DNA from: Eledone cirrhosa
Lineage: Eukaryota
Length of the DNA: 64,000 nt
Reading direction: 5' to 3'
Assembly (NCBI GenBank): GCA_964016885.1
Contig: OZ024741.1
Coordinates: forward strand, 73,904,001 to 73,968,000
The first letter of the stretch is position 1. Each line of letters opens with the position of its first letter. A program made the translations under genes and the position numbers. This document shows, in pieces, positions 13,901 through 30,437 of the stretch. The notes under the pieces are model-generated. The model made no database searches. It was not told where the DNA came from and saw nothing but the letters and a program-made list of their open reading frames with translations.

Positions 13901-16900
13901 AACACTACCACCGTCACCATCACTAACACTAACACTACCACCATCACCATCACCATCACTAACACTAACACTACCACCGTCACCATCACTAACACTAACA
14001 CTAACACTAACACTACCAGCGTCAACATCACTAGCACTAACACTACCACCGTCACCATCACTAACACTAACACTACCACCATCACCATCACTAACATTAA
14101 CACTACCACCATCACTATCACTAACACTAACACTACCACCGTCACCATCACTAACACTAACACTACCACCATCACTATCACTAACACTAACACTACCACC
14201 GTCACCATCACTAACACTAACACTACCACCATCACCATCACTAACACTAACACTACCACCGTCACCATCACTAACACTAACACTACCACCATCACTATCA
14301 CTAACACTAACACTAACACCGTCACCATCACTAACACTAACACTACCACCATCACCATCACTAATACTAACACTACCACCATCACCATCACTAACACTAA
14401 CACTACCACCGTCACCATCACTAACATTAACACTACCACCGTCACCATCACCAACATTAACATTACCACCATCACTAACACTGACACTAACACTACAACC
14501 ACCACCATCACTAACACTAACACTACCACCGTCACCATCACTAACAGTAATACTACCACCACCACCATCACTAACACTAACACTACCACCGTCACCATCA
14601 CTAACAGTAATACTACCACCATCACCATCCCTAACACTAAAACTACCACCATCACCATCACCAACACTAACAATACCACCATCACATTCACTAACACTAA
14701 CACTAACACTACCACCATCACCATCACTAACACTACCACCATCACCTTCAATATCACTAACACTAACACTACCACCATCACCTTCACTAACACTAACACT
14801 ACCACTACCACTACCACTGTCACCATCACTAACACTAACTCTACCACCGTCACCATCACTAACACTAACACTACCACCATCACCTTCACTAACACTAACA
14901 CTACCACCGTCACCATCACTAACACTAACACTACCACCGTCACCATCACTAGCACTAACACTACCACGCTCACCATCACTAACACTAGCACCATCACCTT
15001 CACTAACACTAACACTACCACCATCACTAACACTAACACTACCACCGTCACCATCACTAACACTAACACTACCACTATCACCATCACTAACACTAACACT
15101 ACCACCGTCACCATCACTAACACTAACACTACCAACATTACCATCACTAACACTAACATTATCACCGTCATTATCACTAACACTATCACCATCACCATCA
15201 CTAACACTAACAACGTCACCATCACTAACACTAACACTACCACCATCACCCTCACTAACACTAACACTACCACCATAACCATCACTAACACTACCACCAT
15301 CACCATCACTAACACTAACACTACCACCATCACCACGACTAACACTACCACCGTCACCATCAGTAACACTAACACTACCACCATCACCATCACTAACACT
15401 ACCTTCATAACCATCACTAACACTACCAACATCACCTTCACTAACACTTACACTAACACTACCACCATCACCATCACTAACACTACTACCAGCACCATCA
15501 CTAACAATACCACCATCACCATCACTAACACTAACACTACCACCATAACCATCACTAACAATACCAACATCAATTCACTAACACTAACACTACCACCATC
15601 ACCATCACTAACACTACCACCAGCACCTTCACTAGCACTAAAACTAACACTACCACCATCACCATCACTAACACTAACACTATCACCATCACCTTCACTA
15701 ACACTAACACTACCATCATCACCTTCACTAACAGTAACACTACCACCATCACCTTTACTAACACTACCAATATCACCATCACTAGCACTAACACTACCAT
15801 CATCACCTTCACTAACACTACCAACATCACCATTACTAACACTAACACTACCACCATCACCTTCACTAACACTAACACTAACACTAACACTGTCAACATC
15901 ACTAACACTAACACTACCATCATCACCATCACCATCACCAACACTAACACTACCACCATCACTAACACTAACACTAACACTAACACCACCACCATCACTA
16001 ACACTAACACTACCACCGTCACCATCACTAACTGTAACACTACCACCGTCACCATCACTAACACTAACACTACCACCACCACCATCACTAACACTAACAC
16101 TACCACCGTCACCATCACTAACACTAACACTACCACCAGCAAGTTCGCTAACACTAATACTACCACCAACACCATCACTAACACTAACACTATCACCATC
16201 ACCTTCACTAACACTAACACTACCATCATCACCTTCACTAACACTAACACTACCACCATCACCTTTACTAACACTACCAATATCACCATCACTAACACTA
16301 ACACTACCATCATCACCTTCACTAACACTAACACTAACACTAACACTGTCACCATCACTAACGCTAACACTACCACCGTCACCGTCACTAACACTAACAC
16401 TACCACCGTCACCATCACTAACACTAACACAACAACCACCACCGTCACTAACACTAACACTACCACCGTCGCCATCACTAACACTAACACTACCACCATC
16501 ACCATCACTAACACTAACACTACCACCGTCACTAACACTAACACTACCACCGTCACCGTCACTAACACTAACACAACCACCACCACCGTCACTAACACTA
16601 ACACTACCACCGTCACCATCACTAACACTAACACTACCATCACTAACACTAACACTAGCACCATCACAATCACTAACACTAACACTAACACTAACACCAT
16701 CACCATCACCATCACTAACACTAACACCATCACCATCACTAACACTAACACTACCACCATCACCTTCACTTACACTAACACTAACACTATCACCATCACA
16801 ATTACTAACACTAACACTACCACCATCACTATCACTAACACTACCACTAACGCCGTCACCATCACTAACACTAACTCTACCACCATCACCATCACTAACA

Positions 16901-19900
16901 CTAACACTACCAACATCTCCATAACTAACACTGACTCTACCACCATCACTAACACCAACACCAACACCAACACTAGCACTAACACCATCACCAACACTAA
17001 CACTAACACTACCACCGTCACCATCACTAACACTAACACTACCACCATCACCATCACTAACACTAACACTACCACCATCACCATCACTAAAAATAACACT
17101 ACCACCATCACCATCACTAAGACTAACACTACCACCGTCAACATCATTAACACTAACACTACCACCATCACCATCACTAACACTAACACTACCACCATCA
17201 TCATCACTAACACTAACACTACCATCACTAACACTAACACTAGCACCATCACAATCACTAACACTAACACTACCTCCATCACCTTCACTAACACTACCAC
17301 CATCACCATCACCATCACTAACACTAACACTACCACCATCACTAAAGTAACACTACCACCGTCACCATCACTAATACTAACACTACCCCCATCACCATCA
17401 CCATCACCATCACCATCACCATCACTAACACTAACACTACCACCATCACCATCACTAACACTAACACAAACAACATCACCATCACTAACAATAACACTAC
17501 CACCATCACCATCACTAACACTAACACTACCACCGTCACCATCATTAACACTAACACTACCACCATCACCTTCACTAACACTAACACTACCACCGTCACC
17601 ATAACTAACACTAACACTACCACCATCACCTTCACTAACACAAACACTACCATCATCACCATCATAAACACTAACACTACCACCATCACCATCACTAACA
17701 CTAACACTACCACCAGCACCATCACTAACACTAACACTACCACCGTCACCATCATTAACACTAACACTACCACCATCACCTTCACTAACACTAACACGAC
17801 CACCGTCACCATAACTAACACTAACACTACCACCATCAACTTCACTAACACTAACACTACCACCATCACCATCATAAACACTAACACTACCACCATCACC
17901 ATCACTAACACTAACACTACCACCATCACCAGCGCTAACACTAACACTACCACCATCACCAGCGCTAACACTAACACTGACCCGTCACCTTCACTAACAC
18001 TAACACTACCTTCATCACCTTCACTAACACTACCATCATCACCATCACTAACACTAACACTACCACTGTCACCATCACTAACACTAACACTACCACCGTC
18101 ACCGTCACTAACACTAACACTACCACCGTCACCGTCACTAACTCTAACACTACCACCGTCACCATCACTAACAATAACACTACCACCATCACCATCACTA
18201 ACAATACCAACATCACCATCACTAACACTTAAACTACCACCATCACCCTCACTAACGCTACCTCCATCAACTTCACTAACACTAACACTACCGCCATCAC
18301 CATCAATAACACTAACACTACCACCATCACCATCACTAACACTAACACTACCACTACCACCATCACTAACGCTACCACTATCACCATCACCTTCCCTAAC
18401 ACCATCACCATCACTAACACTAACACTACCAACATCTCCTTCACTAACACTACCACTACCACCGTCACCATCACTAACACTACCACCATCACCATCACTA
18501 ACACTAACACTACCACCATCAGTAACACTAACACTATCTCTACCAACATCACCATCACTAACACTAACTCTACCACCATCACGATCACTAATACTAACAC
18601 TAACACTACCACCATCACCATCACTAACACTAACACTACCACCATCAGTAACACTAACACTATCCTACCAACATCACCATCACTAACACTAACACCACCA
18701 CCATCACCATCACTAACACTAACACTAACACTACCAGCATCACCATCACTAACACTAACACTACCACCATCACCATCACTAACACTACGACCATCACCAT
18801 CACTAACACTAACACTACCACCATCACCATCACTAGCACTAACACTGCCACCATCACCATCACTAACACTACCACCATCACCATCACTAACACTAACACT
18901 ACCACCATCACCATCACTAACACTACCACCATCACCATGACCATCACTAACACTACCACCATCACCTTCACTAACACTACCACCATCACCATCACTAACA
19001 CTAACACTACCTCCATCACCATCACTAACACTACCTCCATCACCATCACTAACACTACCACCATCAACATCACTAACACTATCACCATCCTCATCACTAA
19101 CACTATCACCATCCCCATCACTAACACTAACACTACCACCATCACCATCACTAACATTAACACAACCACCATCACCCATGACCATCACCATCACTAACAC
19201 TACCACCATCACCATCCCTACCACCCTCACCATCACTAACACCAACACTACCAGCATCACTAACACTAACATTAACACCATCACCATCACTAACACTAAC
19301 ACTACCACCTTCACCTTCACTAACACTAACACTACCACCATCACCATCACCATCACCATCACCATCACTAACACTAACACTAACACTACCACCATCACCA
19401 TCACTAACACTAACACTACCACCGCCACCATCACTAACACTAACACTATCACCGTCACCATCACTAACACTAACACTACCACCATCACCATCACTAACAC
19501 TAACACTACCACCATCACCATCACTAACAATAACACAACCACCATCACCATCATTAACACTAACACTACCACTGTCACCATCATTAACACTAAGACAACC
19601 ACCATCAGCATCACTAACACTAACACTACCACCATCACTAACACTAACACTACTATCACTAACACTAACCCTAGCAACATCACCATCACTAACACTGACA
19701 CTACCACCATCACCATCACTAACACTACCACCATCACTAACACAACCACCATCACCATGACTAACACCAACACCAACATCAACACTAACACTACCACCAT
19801 CACCATCAATGACACTAACACTATCACCGTCACCATTACTAACACTAACACTACCACCATCACCATCACTAACACTAACACAACCACCATCACCATCAAT

Positions 19901-22900
19901 AACACTAACACTATCACCGTCACCATTACTAACACTAACACTACCACCATCACCATCACTAACACTAACACTACCACCATCAGCATCACTAACACTAACA
20001 ATACCACCATCACCATCACTAACACTAACACTACCATCACTAACACTAACACTACCATCACTAACACTAGCACCATCACAATCACTAACACTACCACCAT
20101 CACTAACACTATCACGATCACTAACACCAACACCAACACCTACACCAACACCAACACCAACACTAACACTACCACCATCACCATCACTAACACTAACACT
20201 ACCATCACTAACACTAACACTACCACCATCAACATCACTAACACTACCACCATCACTAACACTACCACCATCACCATCACAAACACTAACACTACCACCA
20301 TCACCATCACTTACACTAACACTACCACCATCACTAACACTAACACTACCACCATCACCATCACTAAGACTACCACCATCACCATCACTAACACTAACAC
20401 TACCACCCTCACTAATACTGACACTACCACCATCACCATGACTAACACTAACACTACCACCGTCACCGTCACTAACACTAACACTACCACCTTCACCATC
20501 ACTAACACTAACACTACCACCATCAACATCACTACCGCTAACACTACCAACATCTCCTTCACTAACACTACCACTACCACCGTCACCATCACTAACACGA
20601 CCACCATCACCATCACTAACACTAACACTACCAACGTCACCATAACTAACACTAACACTACCACTGTCACCGTCACTCACACTAACACTACCACCATCAC
20701 CATCACTAACACTACCACCATCACCATCACTAACACTATCACCATCACTAACACTAACACAACCACCATCACCATCACCATCAATAACACTAACACTACC
20801 ACCATCACCATCACTAAAGTAACACTACCACCGTCACCATCTCTAATAGTAACACTAGCCCCATCACCATCACCATCACCATCACCATCACTAACACTAA
20901 CACTACCACCATCACCTTCACTAACACTAACACTAACACTACCACCATCACCAGCACTAACACTACCACAATCACCAACACCAACACTAACACTAACACT
21001 AACACTACCACCATCACCATCACTAACACTAACACTACCACCATCACCATCACTAACACTACCACCAACACCAACACCAACACTAACACTACCACCACCA
21101 CCATCACTAACACTAACACTACCATCACTAACACTAACACTACCACCATCACCATCACTAGCACTAACACTACCACGATCTCCATCACTATCACTACCAC
21201 CATCACCATCACTAACACCAACACCAACACAAACACTAAAACTACCACCATCACCATCACTAACAATAACACTACCACCATCACCATCAATAACACTAAC
21301 ACTATCACCGTCACCATTACTAACACTAACACTACCACCATCACCATCACTAACACTAACACAACCACCATCACCATCAATAACACTAACACTATCACCG
21401 TCACCATTACTAACACTAACACTACCACCATCACCATCACTAACAGTAACACTACCACCATCAGCATCACTAACACTAACAATACCACCATCACCATCAC
21501 TAACACTAACACTACCATCACTAACACTAACACTAGCACCATCACAATCACTAACACGACCACCATCACTAACACCAACACCAACACCAACACCAACACC
21601 AACACCAACACTAAAACTACCACCATCACCATCACTAACACTAACACTACCACCATCACTAACACTACCACCATCACCATCAACATCACTAACACTACCA
21701 CCATCACTAACACTACCACCATCACCATCACAAACACTAACACTACCACCATCACCATCACTTACACTAACACTACCACCATCACTAACACTACCACCAT
21801 CACCATCACTAAGACTACCACCATCACCATCACTAACACTAACACTACCACCATCACTAATACTAACACTACCACCATCACCATGACTAACACTAACGCT
21901 ACCACCGTCACCGTCACTAACACTAACACTACCACCTTCACCATCACTAACACTAACACTACCACCATCAACATCACTAACGCTAACACTACCAACATCT
22001 CCTTCACTAACACTACCACTACCACCGTCACCATCACTAACACGACCACCATCACCATCACTAACACTAACACTACCAACGTCACCATAACTAACACTAA
22101 CACTACCACCATCACCATCACTAACACTATCACCATCACCATCACTAACACTAACACAACCACCATCACCATCACTAACACTAACACAACCACCATCAAC
22201 ATCACTAACACTAACACTACCACCATCACCATCACCATCACTAACACTACCACCATCACCATCACTTCCACCATCACCATCACTAACACCATCACCATCA
22301 CTAACACTAACACTAACACTAACACCATCACCATCACCATCACTAACACTAACACCATCACCATCACTAACACTAACACTACCACCATCACCTTCACTAA
22401 CACTAACATTATCACCATCACAATTACTAACACTAACACTACCACCATCACTGTCACTAACAATACCACCAACACCGTCACCATCACTAACACTACCACC
22501 AACACCAACACCAACACTAACACTACCACCACCACCATCACTAACACTACCACCGTCACCATCACTAACACTAACACTACCACCATCACCATCACCAACA
22601 CTAACACCATCACCATCACTAACACTAACACTACCATCACTAACACTAGCACTAACACTACCACCATCACCATCACTAACACTAACACTACCACCATCAC
22701 CATCACTAACAATAACACTACCACCATCACCATCACTAAGACTAACACTACCACCGTCACCATCATTAACACTAACACTACCACCATCACCATCACTAAC
22801 ACTAACACTACCACCAACATCATCACTAACACTAACACTACCATCACTAACACTAACACTAGCACCATCACAATCACTAACGCTAACACTACCTCCATCA

Positions 22901-25900
22901 CCTTCACTAACACTACCACCATCACCATCACCATCAATAACACTAACACTACCACCATCACCATCACTAAAGTAACACTACCACCGTCACCATCACTAAT
23001 ATTAACACTAGCCCCATCACCATCACCATCACCATCACTAACACTAACACTACCACCATCACCTTCACTAACACTAACACTAACACTACCACCATCACCA
23101 GCACTAACAATACCACCATCACCAACACTAACACTAACACTAACACTACCACCATCACCATCACTAACACTAACACTACCACCATCACCATCACTAACAC
23201 TACCACCATCACCAACACCAACACTAACACTACCACCACCACCATCACTAACACTAACACTACCATCACTAACACTAACACTAACACTACCAACGCTAAC
23301 ACTAACACTACCACCATCACCATCACTAACACTAACACTACCATCACTAACACTAACACTACCACCATCACCATCACTAAAACTACCACCAACACAAACA
23401 CTAACACTACCACCATCACCATCACTAACAATAACACTAGCACCATCACTAACACTAACACTACCACCATCTCCATCACTATCACTACCACCATCACCAT
23501 CACTAACACTACCACCATCACCAACACTAACACTACCTCCAACACTACCACCATCATCATCACTAACACTAACACTATCACCATCACAATTACTAACACT
23601 AACACTACCACCATCACTATCACTAACAATACCACTAACACCGTCACCATCACGAACACTAACACTACCACCATCACCATCACTAACACTAACACTAACA
23701 CTAACACTGCCACCATCACTAACACCAACACCAACACTAACACTACCACCATCACCATCACTAACACTACCACCATCACAATCACTAACATTAACACTAC
23801 CACCATCACCATCACTAAGACTACCACCATCACCATCACTAACACTAACATTACCACCATCACCATCACTACCACTACCACCACCACCATCATTAACACT
23901 AACTCTACCACCATCACCATCACTAACATTACCACCATCACCATCAGTAACACTAACACTACCACCATCACCATCACTAAGACTACCACCATCACCATCA
24001 TTAACCCTAACTCTACCACCATCATCATCACTACCACTACCACCGCCACCATCACTAACACTAACTCTACCACCATCAGCTTCACTAACACTAACACTAC
24101 CTCCATCATCATCACTAACACTACCATTACTAACACTAACCCTACCACCATCACCATCACTAACACTAACACTACCACCATCACCATCACTAACACTATC
24201 ACCATCACTAACACTAACACTACCAGCATCACCATCACTAACACTAACACTACCACCATCACCATCACTAACAATAACACTACCACCATCACCATCACTA
24301 ACACTAACACTACCACCATCACCATCACTAACAATAACACTACCACCATCACCATCACTAACACTAACACTACCACCATCACCATCATTAACACTAACAC
24401 TACCATCACTAACATTAACACTACCTACACCACCATCACTAACACTACCACCATCACTAACACTACCACCATCACCATCACAATCACTAACACTACCACC
24501 ATCACCATCACTAACACTAACACTACCACCATCACTAACACTAACACTACCACCATCACCCTCACTAAGACTACCACCATCACCATCACTAACACTAACA
24601 CTACCACCATCACAATCACTAACATTAACACTACCACCATCACTAACACTACCACTACCACCATCATCATCACTAAGACTACCACCATCACCATCACTAA
24701 CACTACCACCATCACTAACACTAACACTACCACCATCACCATCACTACCACTACCACCACCATCATCATTAACACTATCTCTACCACCATCACTAACACT
24801 ACCACCATCACCATCAGTAACACTAAGACTACCACCATCACCATCACTAAGACTACCACCATCACCATCATTAACACTAACTCTACCACCATCACCATCT
24901 CTACCACAACCACCATCACTAACACTAACTCTACCACCTTCACCATCACTAACACTAACACTACCACCATCACCATCACTAACACTAACACTACCAACAT
25001 CACCATCACCATCACTAACACTACCACCATTCACCATCACTAACACTACCACCATCACCATCACTACCACCATCACCATCTCTAACACTACCACCATCAC
25101 CATCACTAACACTAACACTACCACCATCACCATCACTAACACTACCACCATCACCATCACTAACACTACCACCATCACCATCACTAACACTAACACTAAC
25201 ACCATGACTAACACTACCACCATCACTAACACTAACACCATCACTAACACTAACACTAACACCATCACCATCACTAACACTAACACTACCACCATCACCA
25301 TTACTAACACTAACACCATCACCAACACTAACACTACCACCATCACCATCACTAACACTAACACTAACACTAACACCATCACCATCACTAACACTACCAC
25401 CATCACCATCACTAACACTAACCCCATCACCATCACTAACACTAACACTACCACCATCACCATCACTAACACTAACACTAACACCATCACCTTCACTAAC
25501 ACTAACACTACCACCATCACCATCACTAACACTAACACCATCACTAACACTAACACCATCACCATCACTACCACTAACACTACCACCATCACCATCACTA
25601 ACACTAACACTACCACCATCACCTTCACTAACACTAACACTACAACCATCACCATCACTAACACTAACACTACCACCGTCACCATCACTAACACTAACAC
25701 TACCACCGTCACCATCACTAACACTAACACTGCCACCGTCACCTTCACTAACACTAACACCATCACCATCACTAACACTAACACTACCACCATCACCTTC
25801 ACTAACACTAACACTAACACTACCACCATCACCATCACTAAAACTACCACCATCACCATCAGTAACACTAACACTACCACCATCACTAACACTACCACCA

Positions 25901-28900
25901 TCACTAACTCTACGACCATCACCGTCACTAACACTACCACCATCACCATCACTAACACTAACACTACCATCATCACTAACACTACCACCATCACCATCAC
26001 TAACACTAACTCAACCACCATCACCATCACTAACACTACTACCATCACCTTCATTAACACTAACATTACCACCAGCACCTTTACTATCACTAACACTACC
26101 ACCACCACCATCACTAACACTACCACCATCACCAACACTACCACCATCATCATCACTAACACTAACACTATCACCATCACAATTACTATCACTAACACTA
26201 CCACCATCACTATCACTAACAATACCACTAACACCGTCACCATAACTAACACTAACACTACCACCGTCACCATCACTAACACTAACACTACCACCAGCAC
26301 CTTCGCTAACACTAACACTAACACTACCACCGTCACCATCACTAACACTAACACTACCACCATCACCATCACTAACACTAACACTAGCTCCATCACCTTC
26401 ACTAACACTACCACCGTCACCATCACTAACACTAACACTACCACCATCACCATCACTAACACTAACACTACCACCATCACCATCACTAACACTAACACTA
26501 CCACCTTCACCATCACTCACACTAACACTACCACCGTCACCATCACTAATACTAACACTAGCCCCATCACCATCACCATCACCTTCACTAACACTACCAC
26601 CGTCACCATCACTAACACTAACACTACCACCATCACCATCACTAACACTAACACTACCACCATCACCATCACTAACACTAACACTACCACCTTCACCATC
26701 ACTCACACTAACACTACCACCGTCACCATCACTAATACTAACACTAGCCCCATCACCATCACCATCACTAACACTACCACCATCACCTTCACTAACACTA
26801 CTACCATCACCATCACTACCACCATCACCAACACCAACACTAACACTAACACTACCACCATCACCATCACTAACACTAACACTACCACCATCACCATCAC
26901 TAACACTACCACCATCACCATCACTAACACTAACACTACCACCAACACCAACACTAACACTAACACTACCACCAACACCAACACCAACACTAACACTACC
27001 ACCATCACCATCACTAACACTAACACTACCACCATCACCAACACCAACACCATCACTAACACTACCACCACCACCATCACTACCAACACTAACACTAACA
27101 CTACCACCATCACCATCACTAACACTAACACTACCACCATCACTAACACTACCACCATCACCATCACCAACACCAACACTAACACTACCACCATCACCAT
27201 CACTAACACTAACCCTACCATCACTAACACTAACACTACCATCACTAACACTAATACTACCATCACTAACACTAATACTACCACCATCACTAACATTACC
27301 ACCATCACCAACACCAACACTAACACTAACACTACGACCATCACCTTCACTAACACTAACACTACAACCATCACCTTCACTAACACTAATACTACCACCA
27401 TCACTAACACTACCACCAACACCAACACTAACACTACCACCATCACCATCACTAACACTACCACCATCACCATCACTAACACTACCACCATCACTAACAC
27501 TATCACCATCACCATCACTAACACTACCACCATCACTAACACTAACACCATCACTAACACTAACACTAACACCATCACCATCACTAACACTAACACTACC
27601 ACCATCACCATTACTAACACTAACACCATCACCAACACTAACACTACCACCATCACCATCACTAACACTAACACTAACACCATCACCATCACTAACACTA
27701 CCACCATCACCATCACTAACACTAACCCCATCACCATCACTAACACTAACACTACCACCATCACCATCACTAACACTAACACTAACACCATCACCTTCAC
27801 TAACACTAACACTACCACCATCACTAACACTAACACCATCACTAACACTAACACCATCACCATCACTACCACTAACACTACCACCATCACCATCACTAAC
27901 ACTAACACTACCACCATCACCTTCACTAACACTAACACTACAACCATCACCATCACTAACACTAACACTACCACCGTCACCATCACTAACACTAACACTA
28001 CCACCGTCACCATCACTAACACTAACACTGCCACCGTCACCTTCACTAACACTAACACCATCACCATCACTAACACTAACACTACCACCATCACCTTCAC
28101 TAACACTAACACTAACACTACCACCATCACCATCACTAAAACTACCACCATCACCATCAGTAACACTAACACTACCACCATCACTAACACTACCACCATC
28201 ACTAACTCTACGACCATCACCGTCACTAACACTACCACCATCACCATCACTAACACTAACACTACCATCATCACTAACACTACCACCATCACCATCACTA
28301 ACACTAACTCAACCACCATCACCATCACTAACACTACTACCATCACCTTCATTAACACTAACATTACCACCAGCACCTTTACTATCACTAACACTACCAC
28401 CACCACCATCACTAACACTACCACCATCACCAACACTACCACCATCATCATCACTAACACTAACACTATCACCATCACAATTACTATCACTAACACTACC
28501 ACCATCACTATCACTAACAATACCACTAACACCGTCACCATAACTAACACTAACACTACCACCGTCACCATCACTAACACTAACACTACCACCAGCACCT
28601 TCGCTAACACTAACACTAACACTACCACCGTCACCATCACTAACACTAACACTACCACCATCACCATCACTAACACTAACACTACCACCATCACCATCAC
28701 TAACACTAACACTACCACCATCACCATCACTAACACTAACACTACCACCTTCACCATCACTCACACTAACACTACCACCGTCACCATCACTAATACTAAC
28801 ACTAGCCCCATCACCATCACCATCACCTTCACTAACACTACCACCGTCACCATCACTAACACTAACACTACCACCATCACCATCACTAACACTAACACTA

Positions 28901-29910
28901 CCACCATCACCATCACTAACACTAACACTACCACCTTCACCATCACTCACACTAACACTACCACCGTCACCATCACTAATACTAACACTAGCCCCATCAC
29001 CATCACCATCACTAACACTACCACCATCACCTTCACTAACACTACTACCATCACCATCACTACCACCATCACCAACACCAACACTAACACTAACACTACC
29101 ACCATCACCATCACTAACACTAACACTACCACCATCACCATCACTAACACTACCACCATCATCATCACTAACACTAACACTACCACCAACACCAACACTA
29201 ACACTAACACTACCACCAACACCAACACCAACACCAACACTAACACTACCACCATCACCATCACTAACACTAACACTACCACCATCACCAACACCAACAC
29301 CATCACTAACACTACCACCACCACCATCACTACCAACACTAACACTAACACTACCACCATCACCATCACTAACACTAACACAACCACCATCACTAACACT
29401 ACCACCATCACCATCACCAACACCAACACTAACACTACCACCATCACCATCACTAACACTAACACTACCACCATCACTAACACTACCACCATCACCATCA
29501 CCAACACCAACACTAACACTACCACCATCACCATCACTAACACTAACCCTACCATCACTAACACTAACACTACCATCACTAACACTAATACTACCATCAC
29601 TAACACTAATACTACCACCATCACTAACATTACCACCATCACCAACACCAACACTAACACTAACACTACGACCATCACCTTCACTAACACTAACACTACA
29701 ACCATCACCTTCACTAACACTAATACTACCACCATCACTAACACTACCACCAACACCAACACTAACACTACCACCATCACCATCACTAACACTACCACCA
29801 TCACCATCACTAACACTACCACCATCACCATCACTAACACTACCACCATCACCATCACTAACACTAACACCATCACCATCACTAACACTAACACTACCAC
29901 CGTCACTATC
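4990..29910. repeat. ~25 kb satellite; consensus unit ACTAACACTAACACTACCACCATCACCATC (30 bp built from 6-bp modules) with kb-scale higher-order repeats
   Basis: Continuous 3/6-nt periodic array, almost G-free on the + strand; diagnostic variants recur at spacings of 1195, 1746, 1872 and 2298 bp. Confidence 0.95.
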
Positions 29911-30437
29911 ATTGCCACTATCACCATCTCCTACAATCACCATCACTATCACTACCATCATCATCACAATCATTATGTCCTCCATCACCGCAATCCTCAT
30001 CATCACTACTTAGATCCTCCCTATCACCATTGCCACCTCCACCAACATCAGCACAACCATCATTATCACTACTGCTATCTATCACTATCACCCTTCACCA
30101 TCATCACTACAGCTATTAGTAGCCCCATAATCACCACCACTTTCATCACCATTGTCTGTCACTATAACTACCATCGGTACCACCCATCATCTGTCACCAC
30201 ATTCAGATAAATAAATATATAAAAAAACGTTATTTCGCTGTTAATAAACAACTGCCTTCTACAGTACGTTTCATTTAACTTACACAGCATATTTATTTGT
30301 TTACATGCACAGACTCTTCTACACACACACAACATTTAGGAAAACGGAAACAAAATACACAAAAAAACAGACATTTTATTTCTATCGTAATCAAGTGCGC
30401 TAAACCTATATTGTTTACATTCTGTGTTTTTCTACGG

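Noticed and set aside
4942-30210. Giant ORFs (2603, 2775, 1588 aa etc.) resembling mucin, TxT ice-binding or SD-repeat proteins
   Set aside because: Four of six frames are open simply because the repeat unit lacks stops in them. The ORFs switch between repeat phases at non-triplet indels and have no signal peptide, unique domain or splice context.
30200-30230. Target-site duplication for the CR1 element
   Set aside because: Only a low-complexity TATAAA match with the 3' flank, which is not convincing.
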